Source of the DNA: an uncultured Elusimicrobia bacterium
Lineage (GTDB): Bacteria; Elusimicrobiota; Elusimicrobia; 2-01-FULL-59-12
Assembly (NCBI GenBank): GCA_963702895.1
Contig: OY969767.1
Span: 2,432,001-2,496,000, forward strand
DNA: 64,000 nucleotides
Direction: 5' to 3'
This document shows, piece by piece, positions 1-10,205 of this stretch. The notes beneath the pieces are model-generated. The model was not told the origin of the DNA and did no database searches. It saw nothing but the letters and a program-made list of their open reading frames with translations. Made by a program: the position numbers and the translations under genes. Within the stretch, counting starts at the first letter, position 1; each line of letters begins with the position of its first letter.

Positions 1-13
1 AAGATGGCCCATC

Positions 14-1420
14 GTGCTACTGTTGCTGCTGCTTCTTTTGGGATTTCTGTGGTGGCGCTTCTCTCGTCTTCAAAAGCCGGAGACTCTCCCGCCACCCCCC
101 GTCATGCCATCGAGCGTGACCACCGTGACGCCGCTTCCGGAGCCGCCCAAACCAACACCGGCCGTCCGCCCGAAACCGGCCCCGACCACGAGCACCGGGG
201 CCCCTGTGGCTCCAAAAGTCAAGCTCCACAAGGAACTGATCCCTAAGAATATCGAAATTGTGCGCTGCTATTATGCCGCTGAGGTGATCCCTCCGGGAGC
301 CACGCTTGGCTTTGATATCAATGGATCGGGCTTCACCAGTGAATTTGAGAAAATGATCCGGGTGGATGCGGGACATGAACATGTCTCCGTCAAGAATCTG
401 TTGCTGGTCACCGCCAATCAGATTCATGGAGAGATCGTCGCAGGCGAGCGCGCGAAAACAGGTTTTGTCTTTCCTCGCGTCCTTATTAAAGGGCTACCCG
501 TGTTTAGCGCTCCTGAGCCTTTCGCCATTGTGCGAAAAGGCGAGGTCCTGACTGTGTTTTTCACCAGCATGCAAGAGAATGGGCGCGGTGGGAAATTTCG
601 CGTGATTACCCATCTTGATGAGAAGATGGCCAAGACCTTTCGCATTGAACCCAGCACGCCCGGCATCGTTGTTTCCGAGATTGAGCCAGAACTTCCTTAT
701 TTAGTGCATGGTTCCATGCAGATCACGCCCGGTGTCCCTCCGGGCGATCATGGTCTGACCATGTCGATTCATGGGAAGGAGGTCTTCAAACGTATGGGGA
801 TGATCCGCATTGTGCGACCCAACGTTGGGCAGCTGGGCTTTATTCAGAATTTGTCGGCGGAGGAACGGTATCATCGCCCTGGTGACATGATTCAAATCTA
901 CGTTCAGGGAACTGGCCTCTCCGCGGAAGATGCGCCCAAACTCAGGGCCAAAGTCGAAGAATTTAATCTGGGCCAGGGCTCCTTCACTTATCTTTCCCCT
1001 TTTCAGATCAGGCTTGCTCTCCAAAGCCTGACCACGATGCCCCTGAAGTCCTACAGCGTGAAAATTCAGAATGAGTCCGGGACGGAGCTCTTTGAGAAAA
1101 AGAACCTGTTTGAACTTGTCCCTCCAAACTGGGTCAAGGGAGTGCAGGTATCCCCGCCTCTGAAAGCAGGAGGGAAAAGTCTCCTCAGAGTTATAGGGCG
1201 CGATTTGACCGAAGACTTTGCGACCGCGTTTCGCATCGAAGTCGATGAGTCTGGGATTACGCTGGGGCCCATCCAGCGCGAGAGCGCCACCACCCTTTCC
1301 GCCGACATTATGGCATCGGACGGGGTGGCGCCGGGCGACTATTGGCTGCATCTTTCAGCGCACCATGCCAAGATCAGTCCACCTTTTGGCAGTATCATTA
1401 AAGTCGAAGCGTCCCACTAA
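14..1420 (+). CDS. Membrane-anchored hypothetical protein with Pro-rich linker and repeated beta-rich (IPT/Ig-like) modules; true start may lie upstream of the window
   Basis: N-terminal hydrophobic helix, PPPP/PKP-rich stalk, repeated 'I.G.GF/L' beta-sandwich-like segments. Confidence 0.6.
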   Translation: MLLLLLLLLGFLWWRFSRLQKPETLPPPPVMPSSVTTVTPLPEPPKPTPAVRPKPAPTTSTGAPVAPKVKLHKELIPKNIEIVRCYYAAEVIPPGATLGFDINGSGFTSEFEKMIRVDAGHEHVSVKNLLLVTANQIHGEIVAGERAKTGFVFPRVLIKGLPVFSAPEPFAIVRKGEVLTVFFTSMQENGRGGKFRVITHLDEKMAKTFRIEPSTPGIVVSEIEPELPYLVHGSMQITPGVPPGDHGLTMSIHGKEVFKRMGMIRIVRPNVGQLGFIQNLSAEERYHRPGDMIQIYVQGTGLSAEDAPKLRAKVEEFNLGQGSFTYLSPFQIRLALQSLTTMPLKSYSVKIQNESGTELFEKKNLFELVPPNWVKGVQVSPPLKAGGKSLLRVIGRDLTEDFATAFRIEVDESGITLGPIQRESATTLSADIMASDGVAPGDYWLHLSAHHAKISPPFGSIIKVEASH

Positions 1421-1438
1421 CATTCCAGGGAGGTCTTT

Positions 1439-2035
1439 ATGTCACATCTTCGTATCGGGTTGGTTGCATCGCTGCTGTCGCTCTTCCTCATCCCTCAAGC
1501 CCCCGGTTGGTCAGCAGAATTCGAGATTGATCCAACCCACTCGAGTGTCGGATTCGTGGTCAAACATATCGTCTCCAAGGTCAAGGGGCAATTTAACGAA
1601 TTTACCGGGTCCTTCCGTTATGACCCCAAGGCCCCCGAGAAGTCTTCCGTCGAAGCCGTCCTCCAGGCCCACAGTATCAACACGAATATGGCCAAGCGTG
1701 ATGATCATCTGCGCTCACCGGACTTCTTTGACACCGCCAAGTATCCCACAGCGACCTTTAAGAGCACTTCCGCAAAGAGCGCAGGCGACCATCGGTTGGA
1801 AGTGCCCGGCGTTTTGACGCTGCATGGGGTCTCGAAGCCTGTTGTCCTGAGCGTCCAAGGAGGCGAGATGGCCAAGGATCCCTGGGGAGGGACCCGCACC
1901 GGCTTTACGGCAACGACCACCATCAACCGCAAAGACTTTGGCATCTCGTGGAATAAGACGCTCGATAACGGCGGGCTGCTGATTGGGGACGAAGTTCGGA
2001 TTGAGATTGAAATTGAGGGCGTACAGAAGAAGTAG
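1439..2035 (+). CDS. yceI: YceI family lipid/polyisoprenoid-binding protein
   Basis: Signal peptide; IDPTHSSVGF, RDDHLRSPDFFD..KYP, GVLTLHGVSKPV, INRKDFGI motifs; GGGAGG RBS. Confidence 0.93.
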   Translation: MSHLRIGLVASLLSLFLIPQAPGWSAEFEIDPTHSSVGFVVKHIVSKVKGQFNEFTGSFRYDPKAPEKSSVEAVLQAHSINTNMAKRDDHLRSPDFFDTAKYPTATFKSTSAKSAGDHRLEVPGVLTLHGVSKPVVLSVQGGEMAKDPWGGTRTGFTATTTINRKDFGISWNKTLDNGGLLIGDEVRIEIEIEGVQKK

Positions 2036-2110
2036 AACCGGATAGGCGCCCTGGCCCGGCACTCGTTCAAAGAGAGAGGGGGGCTTGTTCAGGCCGCAGG
2101 GCCTGTCTCC

Positions 2111-2518
2111 TCACCAATCCTCAGCGGAGATCTTTCGTAAGCCCTTCTTTTCGGCCTGGTGGTGCTTGGCGGCGAGCATCTTTTCTTTGGAGCGCCTGGA
2201 CCGTCGCCTTTTCTGGCGGCGGATCTTTTCGATTCGCCGCTGTTCCTCTGACTTTTTCCCGAGCCTCATCGCCTCGTAGCGTTCCAGCAGGCGCCGTCGA
2301 GCCAGGAACCGATTGACCGCCTGGGAACGGTCTTCTTGACATTTCACCAGGATCCCCGTTGGCCGATGGAAGATCTGCACGCAGGTGGAGGTTTTGTTGA
2401 CGTGTTGACCACCGGCGCCGCTGGAGCGGACAAAACTCTCTTCGATATCCTTCTCCTGAAGGCCAAGAGCGCGCATTTTGTCCCGAAGCGATTGCTCTTT
2501 TTGCGGGCTGATGCTCAC
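2111..2518 (-). CDS. Peptide chain release factor-like protein (ArfB/YaeJ-type ribosome rescue hydrolase)
   Basis: [12 protein letters not shown] with GGQ motif, RSQ..NR, long basic C-terminal tail, no codon-recognition domain. Confidence 0.85.
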   Translation of the reverse strand: MSISPQKEQSLRDKMRALGLQEKDIEESFVRSSGAGGQHVNKTSTCVQIFHRPTGILVKCQEDRSQAVNRFLARRRLLERYEAMRLGKKSEEQRRIEKIRRQKRRRSRRSKEKMLAAKHHQAEKKGLRKISAEDW

Positions 2519-2552
2519 GAGGGGCGAAGGGCGAGGGGCGAGGGGCGAAGAG
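2518..2552. repeat. Tandem heptamer tract, 5 x CGA(G/A)G(G/A)G
   Basis: cgagggg cgaaggg cgagggg cgagggg cgaagag read directly. Confidence 0.85.
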
Positions 2553-2561
2553 GCATCGTGA

Positions 2562-5057
2562 TCACTCTTCTCTCTTCGTTTTCCGCCCTGGGGTCGCGGC
2601 GGGAAATTCTTGTTCCATTCCTTTGCGGATCTTCCGGACCGTCTCTTCCGCGGCGCGCTTCATGCGCCCGTCATAATCACCCGTCGTGTATTTCATAAGA
2701 GCGTCGGTTGCGCGCTCATCGGCAAACGTCCCCAGCGCCCGGACCGCGGTCAGTTGAACAAGGAGGTGCTTGTCTTCCAGCAGCCCTACCAAATGGTTCT
2801 GGACGTCCTCGCGCCCGCCTCGCCCCAACGAGGCAAGCCTTCGGATCGCCGTCATGCGCACATGGGGATGGTACCCCGAGCGGCTGTATTGCTTAAGAAT
2901 CGCGCGAGATTCCGCTAACTGGAGTGAGCCGATGGCATCGAGGGCTGCGCACCGGAAAGTGTCATTCCAAGATTCTTTCTTCAAGTACTCCTTGAAGAGG
3001 CTGAGGAGGGAGGGATCTTTCATGCGGCCCAGAGAGCGGAGCGCTTCGCTTTGCGCAAAGTAGCTTTTTTCATGGGGCAGCCCAGAACGGATTTCTGCCT
3101 CCACTTTGGGAGTGGGGTAGGACCCGAGCGCTTCATAAATGGCCCGTCGCACTTTGGGATGCTGGATCTGGCGCAAAGCCTCGAGCAGCGCCTCCGCGGC
3201 CCCCGCCATGCCCGCATGGCCTAAAGCGCGGGCGATGTTCACCTGAACACCCCAAAATTGTTCCTTGAGAAGCGCCTGGCGAAGCGCCTGGACCGCGGAG
3301 GGGCTCGCAAGACGCCCCAGGGCGGCGGCCGCGTCCACCCTTCCCAGAAGATGAGGGTCCTCGGTGAGCTGGACAGCCCACATCTCTTCGGACTTGGCGA
3401 AATCAACTCGCTTGAGCAAACCATGATCGGGATCAAAGAGGATGAGCCGAGGCGGCGCGGACAACGTGTAGCAAAAGAGCTGGTCCTTCTTGTCGAGGGT
3501 TCCCTTAAATCGTCGAGAGACCCCCCCCACATCGACAGCCCATTCCACGGGGAGCGTGTAAAGCGGCGTTTCATCATTGACCGTCTGGGTTTGCAGGACC
3601 CTCAAGTTCAGCTTTCTTGATTTCGCGTCCCACCAGGACCGGATCTTGATCTCGGGATGGCCTCCCTTGTAGACCCATTGGTCAAAGAACGACCGCATGT
3701 TCCTGCCGGTGGCTTCCTGAATGGACTCAATGAGGTCGATCGTTTCCACGCCTTGAGCTTTGTGGCGCGCGAGGTAGGTATGAATAGAGCGCCACCAGTC
3801 CCGGTCCCCTAACAGGCGCCGGATCATGTGCAAAATGCATGCCCCCTTCTCGTAAAGGTGACGGTCAAAGAGATCGTTCGTGTTTTTATACAGTTTGGTC
3901 GAAAGCGGCCGACGGTAGCGGTCTTTGTCCTCGTCAAAATAGGTCTCGGCATTCGTGCGCATCTCGTACATAAACTCATCATGGCCGAGATCATGCTCAC
4001 GGAAAAGGGCCTCAAAATAGGTGGCAAAGCTTTCATTGAGCCAAGCATGCGACCAGTCCTTGCAAGTGACCAGATCGCCAAACCACTGATGGGCAAGCTC
4101 ATGCGCCACCAGAGGGTCGCTTGTGAAATCGAGATGGGCCCGCTCATCATGCAGGGTCAGCGCCGTTTGGGTGGTGCAGGAGGTGTTCTCCATTCCTCCA
4201 TAGATAAAATCGATTGCCGCGACCTGCGCGTATTTCGCGTAAGGGTAAGGAACTCCCAGTTTTTTGGAAAAGAAATCGATCATTCTGGGGGTGTTGCCAA
4301 AAGCGCGCTTGGCGTCTTCTTCCCGGCCCGCAGGACAGTAATAGAGCACAGGGACCCTGCCCCAACGGTCTTTGATTTCGCTGAACTCTCCCACGGCCAG
4401 CGAGACCAAATAAGGGGAATGGGGTACATTCTGTTTCCAGTGGAAGGTCCGGGTGGCACCCTTACGCTGGACGCCCAGCAAGGCCCCGTTGGAGATGGCC
4501 GTGAATCGGGAGGGCACGCTCACGATCATTTCTGTGGTCGTTTTCTCCTGCGGGGCATCATGGCAAGGAAACCAGTAACGGTTGTATTCGTCTTCGCCTT
4601 GGGTCCAGGCCTGAAGGGGCTTCTGGGGATAGTGCCGATCGGGACCGATGAAGTGGAGCCCGAGCTTAGGCCGAACGACCCGATAGTCAATCGTGACTTC
4701 CAGGGAAGCTCCGCGGCGCACTGGCGTCGGCCACTTGATCTTGAGCTCGCGGCCGGAATAGGTGAATGGAAGTCTCTTGCCCTTGGCGCTGACGCGTACC
4801 TCGATGAAGTTGACCGCGTCGAAGAGGATGTCGGTCGCACCATCCGCGATGGCCACCAAAGATGAGGTGCAGCGTCCACGCAGCGATTGCTTTGAGAAAT
4901 CGAGCGCTAACTCGAGCCGAATATGGCGGGTGTCAAAAAGACGGTCCGGGGCGTAATGCGGCGTGGCCCCCGGATAGGCAAAGCGGCCATCCGCTGCCCA
5001 GGCACCTGTATAGGCACGACATCGCATTTCTTCATTCACCTTCGTGTTCCTTTTCAA
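2562..5057 (-). CDS. pepN: M1 family aminopeptidase with C-terminal HEAT repeats
   Basis: GGMEN exopeptidase motif, HELAHQW...WLNESFA zinc motif, YEKG, HEAT-like C-terminus. Confidence 0.92.
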   Translation of the reverse strand: MKRNTKVNEEMRCRAYTGAWAADGRFAYPGATPHYAPDRLFDTRHIRLELALDFSKQSLRGRCTSSLVAIADGATDILFDAVNFIEVRVSAKGKRLPFTYSGRELKIKWPTPVRRGASLEVTIDYRVVRPKLGLHFIGPDRHYPQKPLQAWTQGEDEYNRYWFPCHDAPQEKTTTEMIVSVPSRFTAISNGALLGVQRKGATRTFHWKQNVPHSPYLVSLAVGEFSEIKDRWGRVPVLYYCPAGREEDAKRAFGNTPRMIDFFSKKLGVPYPYAKYAQVAAIDFIYGGMENTSCTTQTALTLHDERAHLDFTSDPLVAHELAHQWFGDLVTCKDWSHAWLNESFATYFEALFREHDLGHDEFMYEMRTNAETYFDEDKDRYRRPLSTKLYKNTNDLFDRHLYEKGACILHMIRRLLGDRDWWRSIHTYLARHKAQGVETIDLIESIQEATGRNMRSFFDQWVYKGGHPEIKIRSWWDAKSRKLNLRVLQTQTVNDETPLYTLPVEWAVDVGGVSRRFKGTLDKKDQLFCYTLSAPPRLILFDPDHGLLKRVDFAKSEEMWAVQLTEDPHLLGRVDAAAALGRLASPSAVQALRQALLKEQFWGVQVNIARALGHAGMAGAAEALLEALRQIQHPKVRRAIYEALGSYPTPKVEAEIRSGLPHEKSYFAQSEALRSLGRMKDPSLLSLFKEYLKKESWNDTFRCAALDAIGSLQLAESRAILKQYSRSGYHPHVRMTAIRRLASLGRGGREDVQNHLVGLLEDKHLLVQLTAVRALGTFADERATDALMKYTTGDYDGRMKRAAEETVRKIRKGMEQEFPAATPGRKTKREE

Positions 5058-5168
5058 TCATGGTCGCAAGGCCATGGGCAAGGCGGTGCGCTATTCCATA
5101 ACACCGAGCCGATGGCAGGCGGTCATTTTATCAATTTCTCGCTTTTTCAAACCTCTTGCAAAAACAAT

Positions 5169-5948
5169 ATGAATCAGCTACATAAAACTATGCGTCCAGG
5201 GCCACGAAAGCATAAGAGCTGTGTCTTCATCTCCGTTCTGTGTCTCTTGCTTCAAACCACCCTGCTCCAATGTGCGGAAACGCCCTTCACGCGTGTCTAC
5301 GCGTTAAAGAATATTGAGGCTCCTATTGTTATCCAACTTCTCAATTTTTCCGTAGTGGATGCTTCAAAAAAACGAATCCTCTCCGGCCAGGGAAAGAGAT
5401 TGGTTGTGACAGACACTGAGGCAAATCAAAATGCCATCGCCGAACTCTTGCCGATCATTGACCAACCCACGACGGAATCAGAACCACGGAAAATACTCAT
5501 GGAAGCAGGTGTGCGGCTGACCAATTATCTCAACAGTCGTGCGAAGGAAAGAGAAGGATATGCTCCATCAGGGGCCTCTGCGATGACTGCCTTATCACCC
5601 TCAGGACCAGCTCAAACCTATGATGACAGGAAGAGAACAGTTGCCTACAAGAGCGTCTACTCCAATGAGGACGAAATACTAAATAAGAAGACTCGTGTGA
5701 TCACCAACGATCCGCCCCTTCCTTCAGTCGCCAATCTTACTCTCCAAGGAATATTTTTCATCAATCCTCGAACACCGATCGCACTTCTTTCCTTTCAGGG
5801 CACAAATTTTACAGCTCGCAACGGCGGTCTTTATTACAACAACAAGTCTCCCTTGAAGGGCATTTCCACGAAGGTTCTGAAAGACCGCGTTATTGTCACA
5901 GGTCCCGATAGAATTCCTAGAGAAATCACTTTCAAGACCAGCCTATGA
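5169..5948 (+). CDS. Exported hypothetical protein with a secretin N-domain (NolW-like) segment; start uncertain (5169 or 5190)
   Basis: Hydrophobic signal, TRVYALKN...LVVTDTEANQNAIAELLPIIDQP pattern typical of secretin N domains. Confidence 0.55.
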   Translation: MNQLHKTMRPGPRKHKSCVFISVLCLLLQTTLLQCAETPFTRVYALKNIEAPIVIQLLNFSVVDASKKRILSGQGKRLVVTDTEANQNAIAELLPIIDQPTTESEPRKILMEAGVRLTNYLNSRAKEREGYAPSGASAMTALSPSGPAQTYDDRKRTVAYKSVYSNEDEILNKKTRVITNDPPLPSVANLTLQGIFFINPRTPIALLSFQGTNFTARNGGLYYNNKSPLKGISTKVLKDRVIVTGPDRIPREITFKTSL

Positions 5949-6442
5949 GAGTCCGGCAAACCATGAGACAGGGTCGTGGTGGGTGGATGCTGACCGAGCT
6001 ACTCATTCTCCTTGTTATCGTGAGCATCATCTATTGCATTTTTCTAGCTTCCTACGATGCTTTACAGGCCAGACTCCGCTTTAACGTGGTCAAAGCCAAT
6101 ATGGACGCGATAAGCAAAGCTGCCTTTGTGGATTTCACTTCCAGCAAGGACCACGTATGGGCTCCTATGGTGGCTCCAGGCTCAGCTCCGAGTTTCACAG
6201 CATCGCACCTCTCCAAATGGCCGGAACCACCCTGCCCTGGGTGGATGTATGGTTGGGATAATTATTACGGGGTGGCGACGGTCAAGGCCGTGCGCGTCAC
6301 TGTTTATCAACGTAACGGGCATGCCCTTTGGAGCATTTGTTTAGAAAACTATGGCGGCGATTGTGAGGGAGCCGATATGTTTGGCGACAGCCCGACAGAA
6401 CTGTCCAAAGTGACCGATCGCTACGTCTATTGCAACGAGTAA
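5945..6442 (+). CDS. Type IV pilin/pseudopilin-like protein
   Basis: Basic leader then G|WMLTELLILLVIVSII (class III signal-like, Glu at +5); Cys residues in C-terminal head. Confidence 0.65.
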   Translation: MRVRQTMRQGRGGWMLTELLILLVIVSIIYCIFLASYDALQARLRFNVVKANMDAISKAAFVDFTSSKDHVWAPMVAPGSAPSFTASHLSKWPEPPCPGWMYGWDNYYGVATVKAVRVTVYQRNGHALWSICLENYGGDCEGADMFGDSPTELSKVTDRYVYCNE

Positions 6443-6473
6443 TAGCCTTCCTTTCCTTTTGTAGAATGCGGCG

Positions 6474-7553
6474 GTGTCCATACCGCCATTAAAAATCCCT
6501 TCCTTTCCCTCCAGCGCTTCCCAGGCTCTCGAACAATCTCCTTTCATGAGGGCCTGTCGCAAGGAAACCGTGCCGTATACGCCCATTTGGCTCATGCGCC
6601 AAGCGGGGCGCTACATGAAGGAATACCGCACGCTCCGGGAAAAACATGGATTTGTCGAGCTCTGCAAGAATTCGGATCTGGCCTGCGAAGTCACCGTGTA
6701 CGCGGCAGAGCGTCTCAAGGTCGATGCGGCCATCATCTTTTCTGATCTGCTCCTGATTCTCGAGCCTATGGGGATTCAGCTGGAATATTCCAAGGGGGAG
6801 GGTCCTGTCATTGGAAATCCCATTCGCTCCTCCAGCGACATCGAACGGCTGCGCGCTTTTTCCGATCCTGCCTCGCTTTCTTTTGTTTTCGACGGCCTCC
6901 GTAAGACACGTCAAGCGCTTCCCTCTGAAATTCCTCTGATCGGGTTTGCAGGCGCACCGTTTACGCTGGCGTCCTACATGATCGAAGGCGGCGGCTCGGA
7001 TCATTATCTCCACACGAAAACGCTCATGCGCGGCTCCCCCCGGGACTGGAACGCTCTGATGGTGAAACTGTCCCAGTCTCTGGTCGGCTATCTCAATGGC
7101 CAAATCGCGGCGGGGACTCAATGCGTCCAGCTCTTTGACAGCTGGGTGGGGTGCCTGAGTCCCGCGGATTACAAAACCTACGTTCTCCCCCACGCCCAAT
7201 ACGTCATTCGCCACATCACTCCAGGGGTCCCCGTCATCCATTTCGGGACGGGTACAGCGGCGCTCTTAGAACTCATGAAAGAGGCAGGAGGAGACGTGAT
7301 CGGCCTGGACTGGCGTGTGGAACTGGGGGAGGCTTGGAACCGGCTGGGATCCGTCGCCGTCCAGGGAAATATGGATCCTGTTTTTCTCTTAAATGATGTG
7401 GCCGCGATCCGGCGAGAAGCCAAGCGCATCCTCGATCAGGCCGCCGGCCGTCCGGGCCACATCTTTAACCTTGGGCATGGCGTTGTGCCGCAAACGCCCG
7501 TCGATCACGCCAAGGCCCTCGTCGACGCGGTCCATGAAATGAGCCAGAGGTGA
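6474..7553 (+). CDS. hemE: Uroporphyrinogen decarboxylase
   Basis: PIWLMRQAGRY, AAIIFSDLL, LIGFAGAPFTLASY, QLFDSW, HIFNLGHG. Confidence 0.98.
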   Translation: MSIPPLKIPSFPSSASQALEQSPFMRACRKETVPYTPIWLMRQAGRYMKEYRTLREKHGFVELCKNSDLACEVTVYAAERLKVDAAIIFSDLLLILEPMGIQLEYSKGEGPVIGNPIRSSSDIERLRAFSDPASLSFVFDGLRKTRQALPSEIPLIGFAGAPFTLASYMIEGGGSDHYLHTKTLMRGSPRDWNALMVKLSQSLVGYLNGQIAAGTQCVQLFDSWVGCLSPADYKTYVLPHAQYVIRHITPGVPVIHFGTGTAALLELMKEAGGDVIGLDWRVELGEAWNRLGSVAVQGNMDPVFLLNDVAAIRREAKRILDQAAGRPGHIFNLGHGVVPQTPVDHAKALVDAVHEMSQR

Positions 7554-7556
7554 TCC

Positions 7557-8696
7557 GTGCCGACGTATGACGCCGTTCTCTTTATCGGATTTGGCGGGCC
7601 CGAAAAACGGGAGGATATCCGCCCCTTTCTGGAGATCGTAACGAGAGGCCGCCCGATTCCTCCCGAGCGGATCGAGGAAGTCGCGCATCACTATGAGGCC
7701 ATCGGCGGCTCCTCTCCCATCAACGCCATCACCATAAGCCAAGCTGAAGGCCTGCGTAAGCTTCTGAACAGTCCCGAGTCCCGAGTCTCGAGTCTTGCGT
7801 CGAAAAGAGGAACGCGGGACAACATTCCCGTCTATGTCGGAAACCGGAACTGGCACCCCTTTATCGAAGATGCCCTCCGCCAGATGCAGTCGGGCGGCGT
7901 GAAGCGCGCCATCGGGTTTTACACCGCGGCACACCGCTCCGAAGCCAGTCTTGAACGATACCTGAATGCCGTGGAAAGCGCGAGAACGCGCATCGGGCCG
8001 GAAGCGCCGGTCGTGGATCTGGTCGGCCCCTGGTTCGACCATCCCCTCTTCATCGAGGCCATTACGCTCAGAGCGCAAGAGGCCCTACAGGCTGTTCCAG
8101 GCGAAGAACGTTCCTCTATCCCTTTGATCTTTACAGCCCACAGTATTCCTTGTGCCATGGCGAAGGATTCGACCTATGTTCTGGAGCTGCAAAAAACAGC
8201 GGAACTCATCGCTCACAAACTCGGGCGTAAAGAATGGAAGCTCGCCTACTCCAGCCGAAGCGGGAATCCCCGCGACCCGTGGCTCGAGCCGGACATTGGC
8301 GATGAGATCCGGACAAGAGCCCGACACGGCCAGAAGCAGCTTCTCATGATTCCGATCGGGTTCATCGCCGATCATGTGGAAATCCTTTTTGATCTGGATG
8401 TGGAAGCCCAACAAGTTGCTCGGGAGGTGGGGGTTACGATTTACCGCGCCAAAACCGTAGGCGATCACCCCGTCTTTTGCCGCATGATCGCGGACGTTGT
8501 GCAAAAGCGTGCCGCCCAGGAGGCGCTGCCCGAGATGATGTCTTCCCAGACCACGCGCGACCAAAGCGGCCAAATCTTCACGGCCCCCGGGCGCTCGTCC
8601 AAAGTCTGCTACTGCCAGCCCGTCTCGGCGAGCCCCCCTTGCCTGCAGACGCTGCCCACGGCGGGGTCGCCTGCGATGCACGCGCGCCGAAGTTAA
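7557..8696 (+). CDS. hemH: Ferrochelatase (likely coproporphyrin ferrochelatase)
   Basis: FGGPE, HY..IGG.SPIN, GNRNWHP, FTAHSIP, PWLEPD, PIGFIADHVEILFDLD. Confidence 0.96.
   Translation: MPTYDAVLFIGFGGPEKREDIRPFLEIVTRGRPIPPERIEEVAHHYEAIGGSSPINAITISQAEGLRKLLNSPESRVSSLASKRGTRDNIPVYVGNRNWHPFIEDALRQMQSGGVKRAIGFYTAAHRSEASLERYLNAVESARTRIGPEAPVVDLVGPWFDHPLFIEAITLRAQEALQAVPGEERSSIPLIFTAHSIPCAMAKDSTYVLELQKTAELIAHKLGRKEWKLAYSSRSGNPRDPWLEPDIGDEIRTRARHGQKQLLMIPIGFIADHVEILFDLDVEAQQVAREVGVTIYRAKTVGDHPVFCRMIADVVQKRAAQEALPEMMSSQTTRDQSGQIFTAPGRSSKVCYCQPVSASPPCLQTLPTAGSPAMHARRS
7770..7820. repeat. Heptamer tract inside hemH (in frame)
   Basis: agtcccg agtcccg agtctcg agtcttg followed by partial inverted copy cgcgggac; encodes SPESRVSSLASKRGTRD. 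Confidence 0.65.
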
Positions 8697-8711
8697 TTGA
8701 GGGTTGCCCAG

Positions 8712-10205
8712 ATGAAATCGACAGGAAAGAAAGTCACGGTTATTGGCGGAGGGATCACGGGCCTTGCCGCGGCTCTCCGGTTGACCCGGCGCGCCAAAGA
8801 AGAGGGCCGGGATCTCGAGGTCGAGCTTCTGGAAAGCTCTTCCCGTCTTGGGGGAAGCCTGCACTCCACCCGGCGTGATGGGTTTCTGCTGGAAGGTGGT
8901 CCCGACTGCTTCATTTCGAACAAAGCGCGGGGTGTGAAGCTCTGCGAAGAGCTTGGGCTTTTCGATCAATTGATCAATACGCGGCCCGAGTTTCGCCGCA
9001 GCTTTATCGTGAAAAATGGAAAGCTTCACCCGGTGCCGGAGGGTTTTTATCTTCTGGCCCCGGCCAAACTCCACCCTTTTCTCATGAGCCCGCTTCTTTC
9101 CTGGCCGGGGAAACTGCGGACGCTGCTGGAGCCCCTTGTGCCGGCCAAGCCTCAGGACGAGGAATCGCTCGCTTCTTTTGTCCGGCGCAGGCTCGGCCGT
9201 GAAGTGTTGGACTGGCTTGCGCAGCCGCTGGTGGCGGGGATCTACGCGGCCGACCCGGAAACGTTAAGCCTTCGGTCCACTTTTCCGCTCTTTATTGAAA
9301 TGGAAAAGAAATACGGAAGCATTTTGCTGGGACTCGCCAAGCGCGACAGCGCCGTTCAGAGCGCCAGCGGCGCGCGCTACAGCCTATTCGTCAGCTTCCG
9401 TAATGGAATGGAAACGTTCGTATCCAGGATTGCGGCGCTGCTCCCCCAAGAGTCGGTTCGACGGAACACGCCGGTCCAGCACATTCAGCGGAGCGAGCAA
9501 GGCTGGGACATTCATCTCAAAAATGGCGAGCGGTCCCACAGCGATGCGATTTGCTTGTGCACAGGCGCTCCTCAATCGGCGAGGCTCCTTGAGCTTCAGA
9601 ACCGCGCGCTCTCGGCGGAGCTCTCGAGCATCCCGTACACGCACTCCATGACGGTCAACCTGGCCTTTGATGCCGGCCTCATACGGCATCCCATGGACGG
9701 CGTCGGGTTTGTGACGCCGGAGCTCGAAGCGCATCGCCATTCCTTCGAAATGGAGGAAGAGACAGCCCCCCGTCGGGATGGCGGACGGCCGGCCATCGCC
9801 TGCACCTTTGTCCACCGGAAATTTGCCGGCCGCGCGCCGGAAGGGACCGCGCTTCTTCGCGCTTTTCTGGGCGGAGCGCATCAGGCCGATCTTCTTGCCA
9901 AGGACGACCAGGCACTCACGAACATTGTTCTTGATCAAGTGGGGCGGCTCTTGGGTATTTCCGGGCCTCCGAAGTTCACCTCGGTCGAGCGCTGGCCGGA
10001 CGCCATGCCGCAATACACGCTGGGACATCTTCCAAGAATGCTCAAGATCGAAGAAGCGGCGTTCGGTCTCCCCGGGCTGGCGCTCGCGGGAAACTGGCAA
10101 TACGGAGCGGGGGTACCGGACTGCATCGAAAGCGGCGAGCGCGCAGCGGATGCGCTCGTCGATCGTTTCTTAAGGCTTGAGCCGGCTGCCCACTCTCCGC
10201 GCTAG
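8712..10205 (+). CDS. hemY: Coproporphyrinogen/protoporphyrinogen oxidase (HemY family)
   Basis: VIGGGITGLAAA FAD motif, EGGPDCF, GIYAADP, RWPDAMPQY, GAGVPDCI; ATG 8712 follows GAGGG (ORF track start 8697). Confidence 0.96.
   Translation: MKSTGKKVTVIGGGITGLAAALRLTRRAKEEGRDLEVELLESSSRLGGSLHSTRRDGFLLEGGPDCFISNKARGVKLCEELGLFDQLINTRPEFRRSFIVKNGKLHPVPEGFYLLAPAKLHPFLMSPLLSWPGKLRTLLEPLVPAKPQDEESLASFVRRRLGREVLDWLAQPLVAGIYAADPETLSLRSTFPLFIEMEKKYGSILLGLAKRDSAVQSASGARYSLFVSFRNGMETFVSRIAALLPQESVRRNTPVQHIQRSEQGWDIHLKNGERSHSDAICLCTGAPQSARLLELQNRALSAELSSIPYTHSMTVNLAFDAGLIRHPMDGVGFVTPELEAHRHSFEMEEETAPRRDGGRPAIACTFVHRKFAGRAPEGTALLRAFLGGAHQADLLAKDDQALTNIVLDQVGRLLGISGPPKFTSVERWPDAMPQYTLGHLPRMLKIEEAAFGLPGLALAGNWQYGAGVPDCIESGERAADALVDRFLRLEPAAHSPR
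9735..9783. repeat. Degenerate CGTC-type palindromic element in frame within hemY
   Basis: Bounded by cgccattcc...gggatggcg, a variant of the cgtcatccc...gggatgacg ends seen elsewhere; coincides with extra peptide HRHSFEMEEETAPRRDGG. Confidence 0.5.

Noticed and set aside
3828..4865. Long antisense ORFs (also 20453-21469, 24820-25779, 37916-38905, 57732-58868, 61851-63260)
   Set aside because: Shadows of well-supported genes on the opposite strand, expected in GC-rich DNA.
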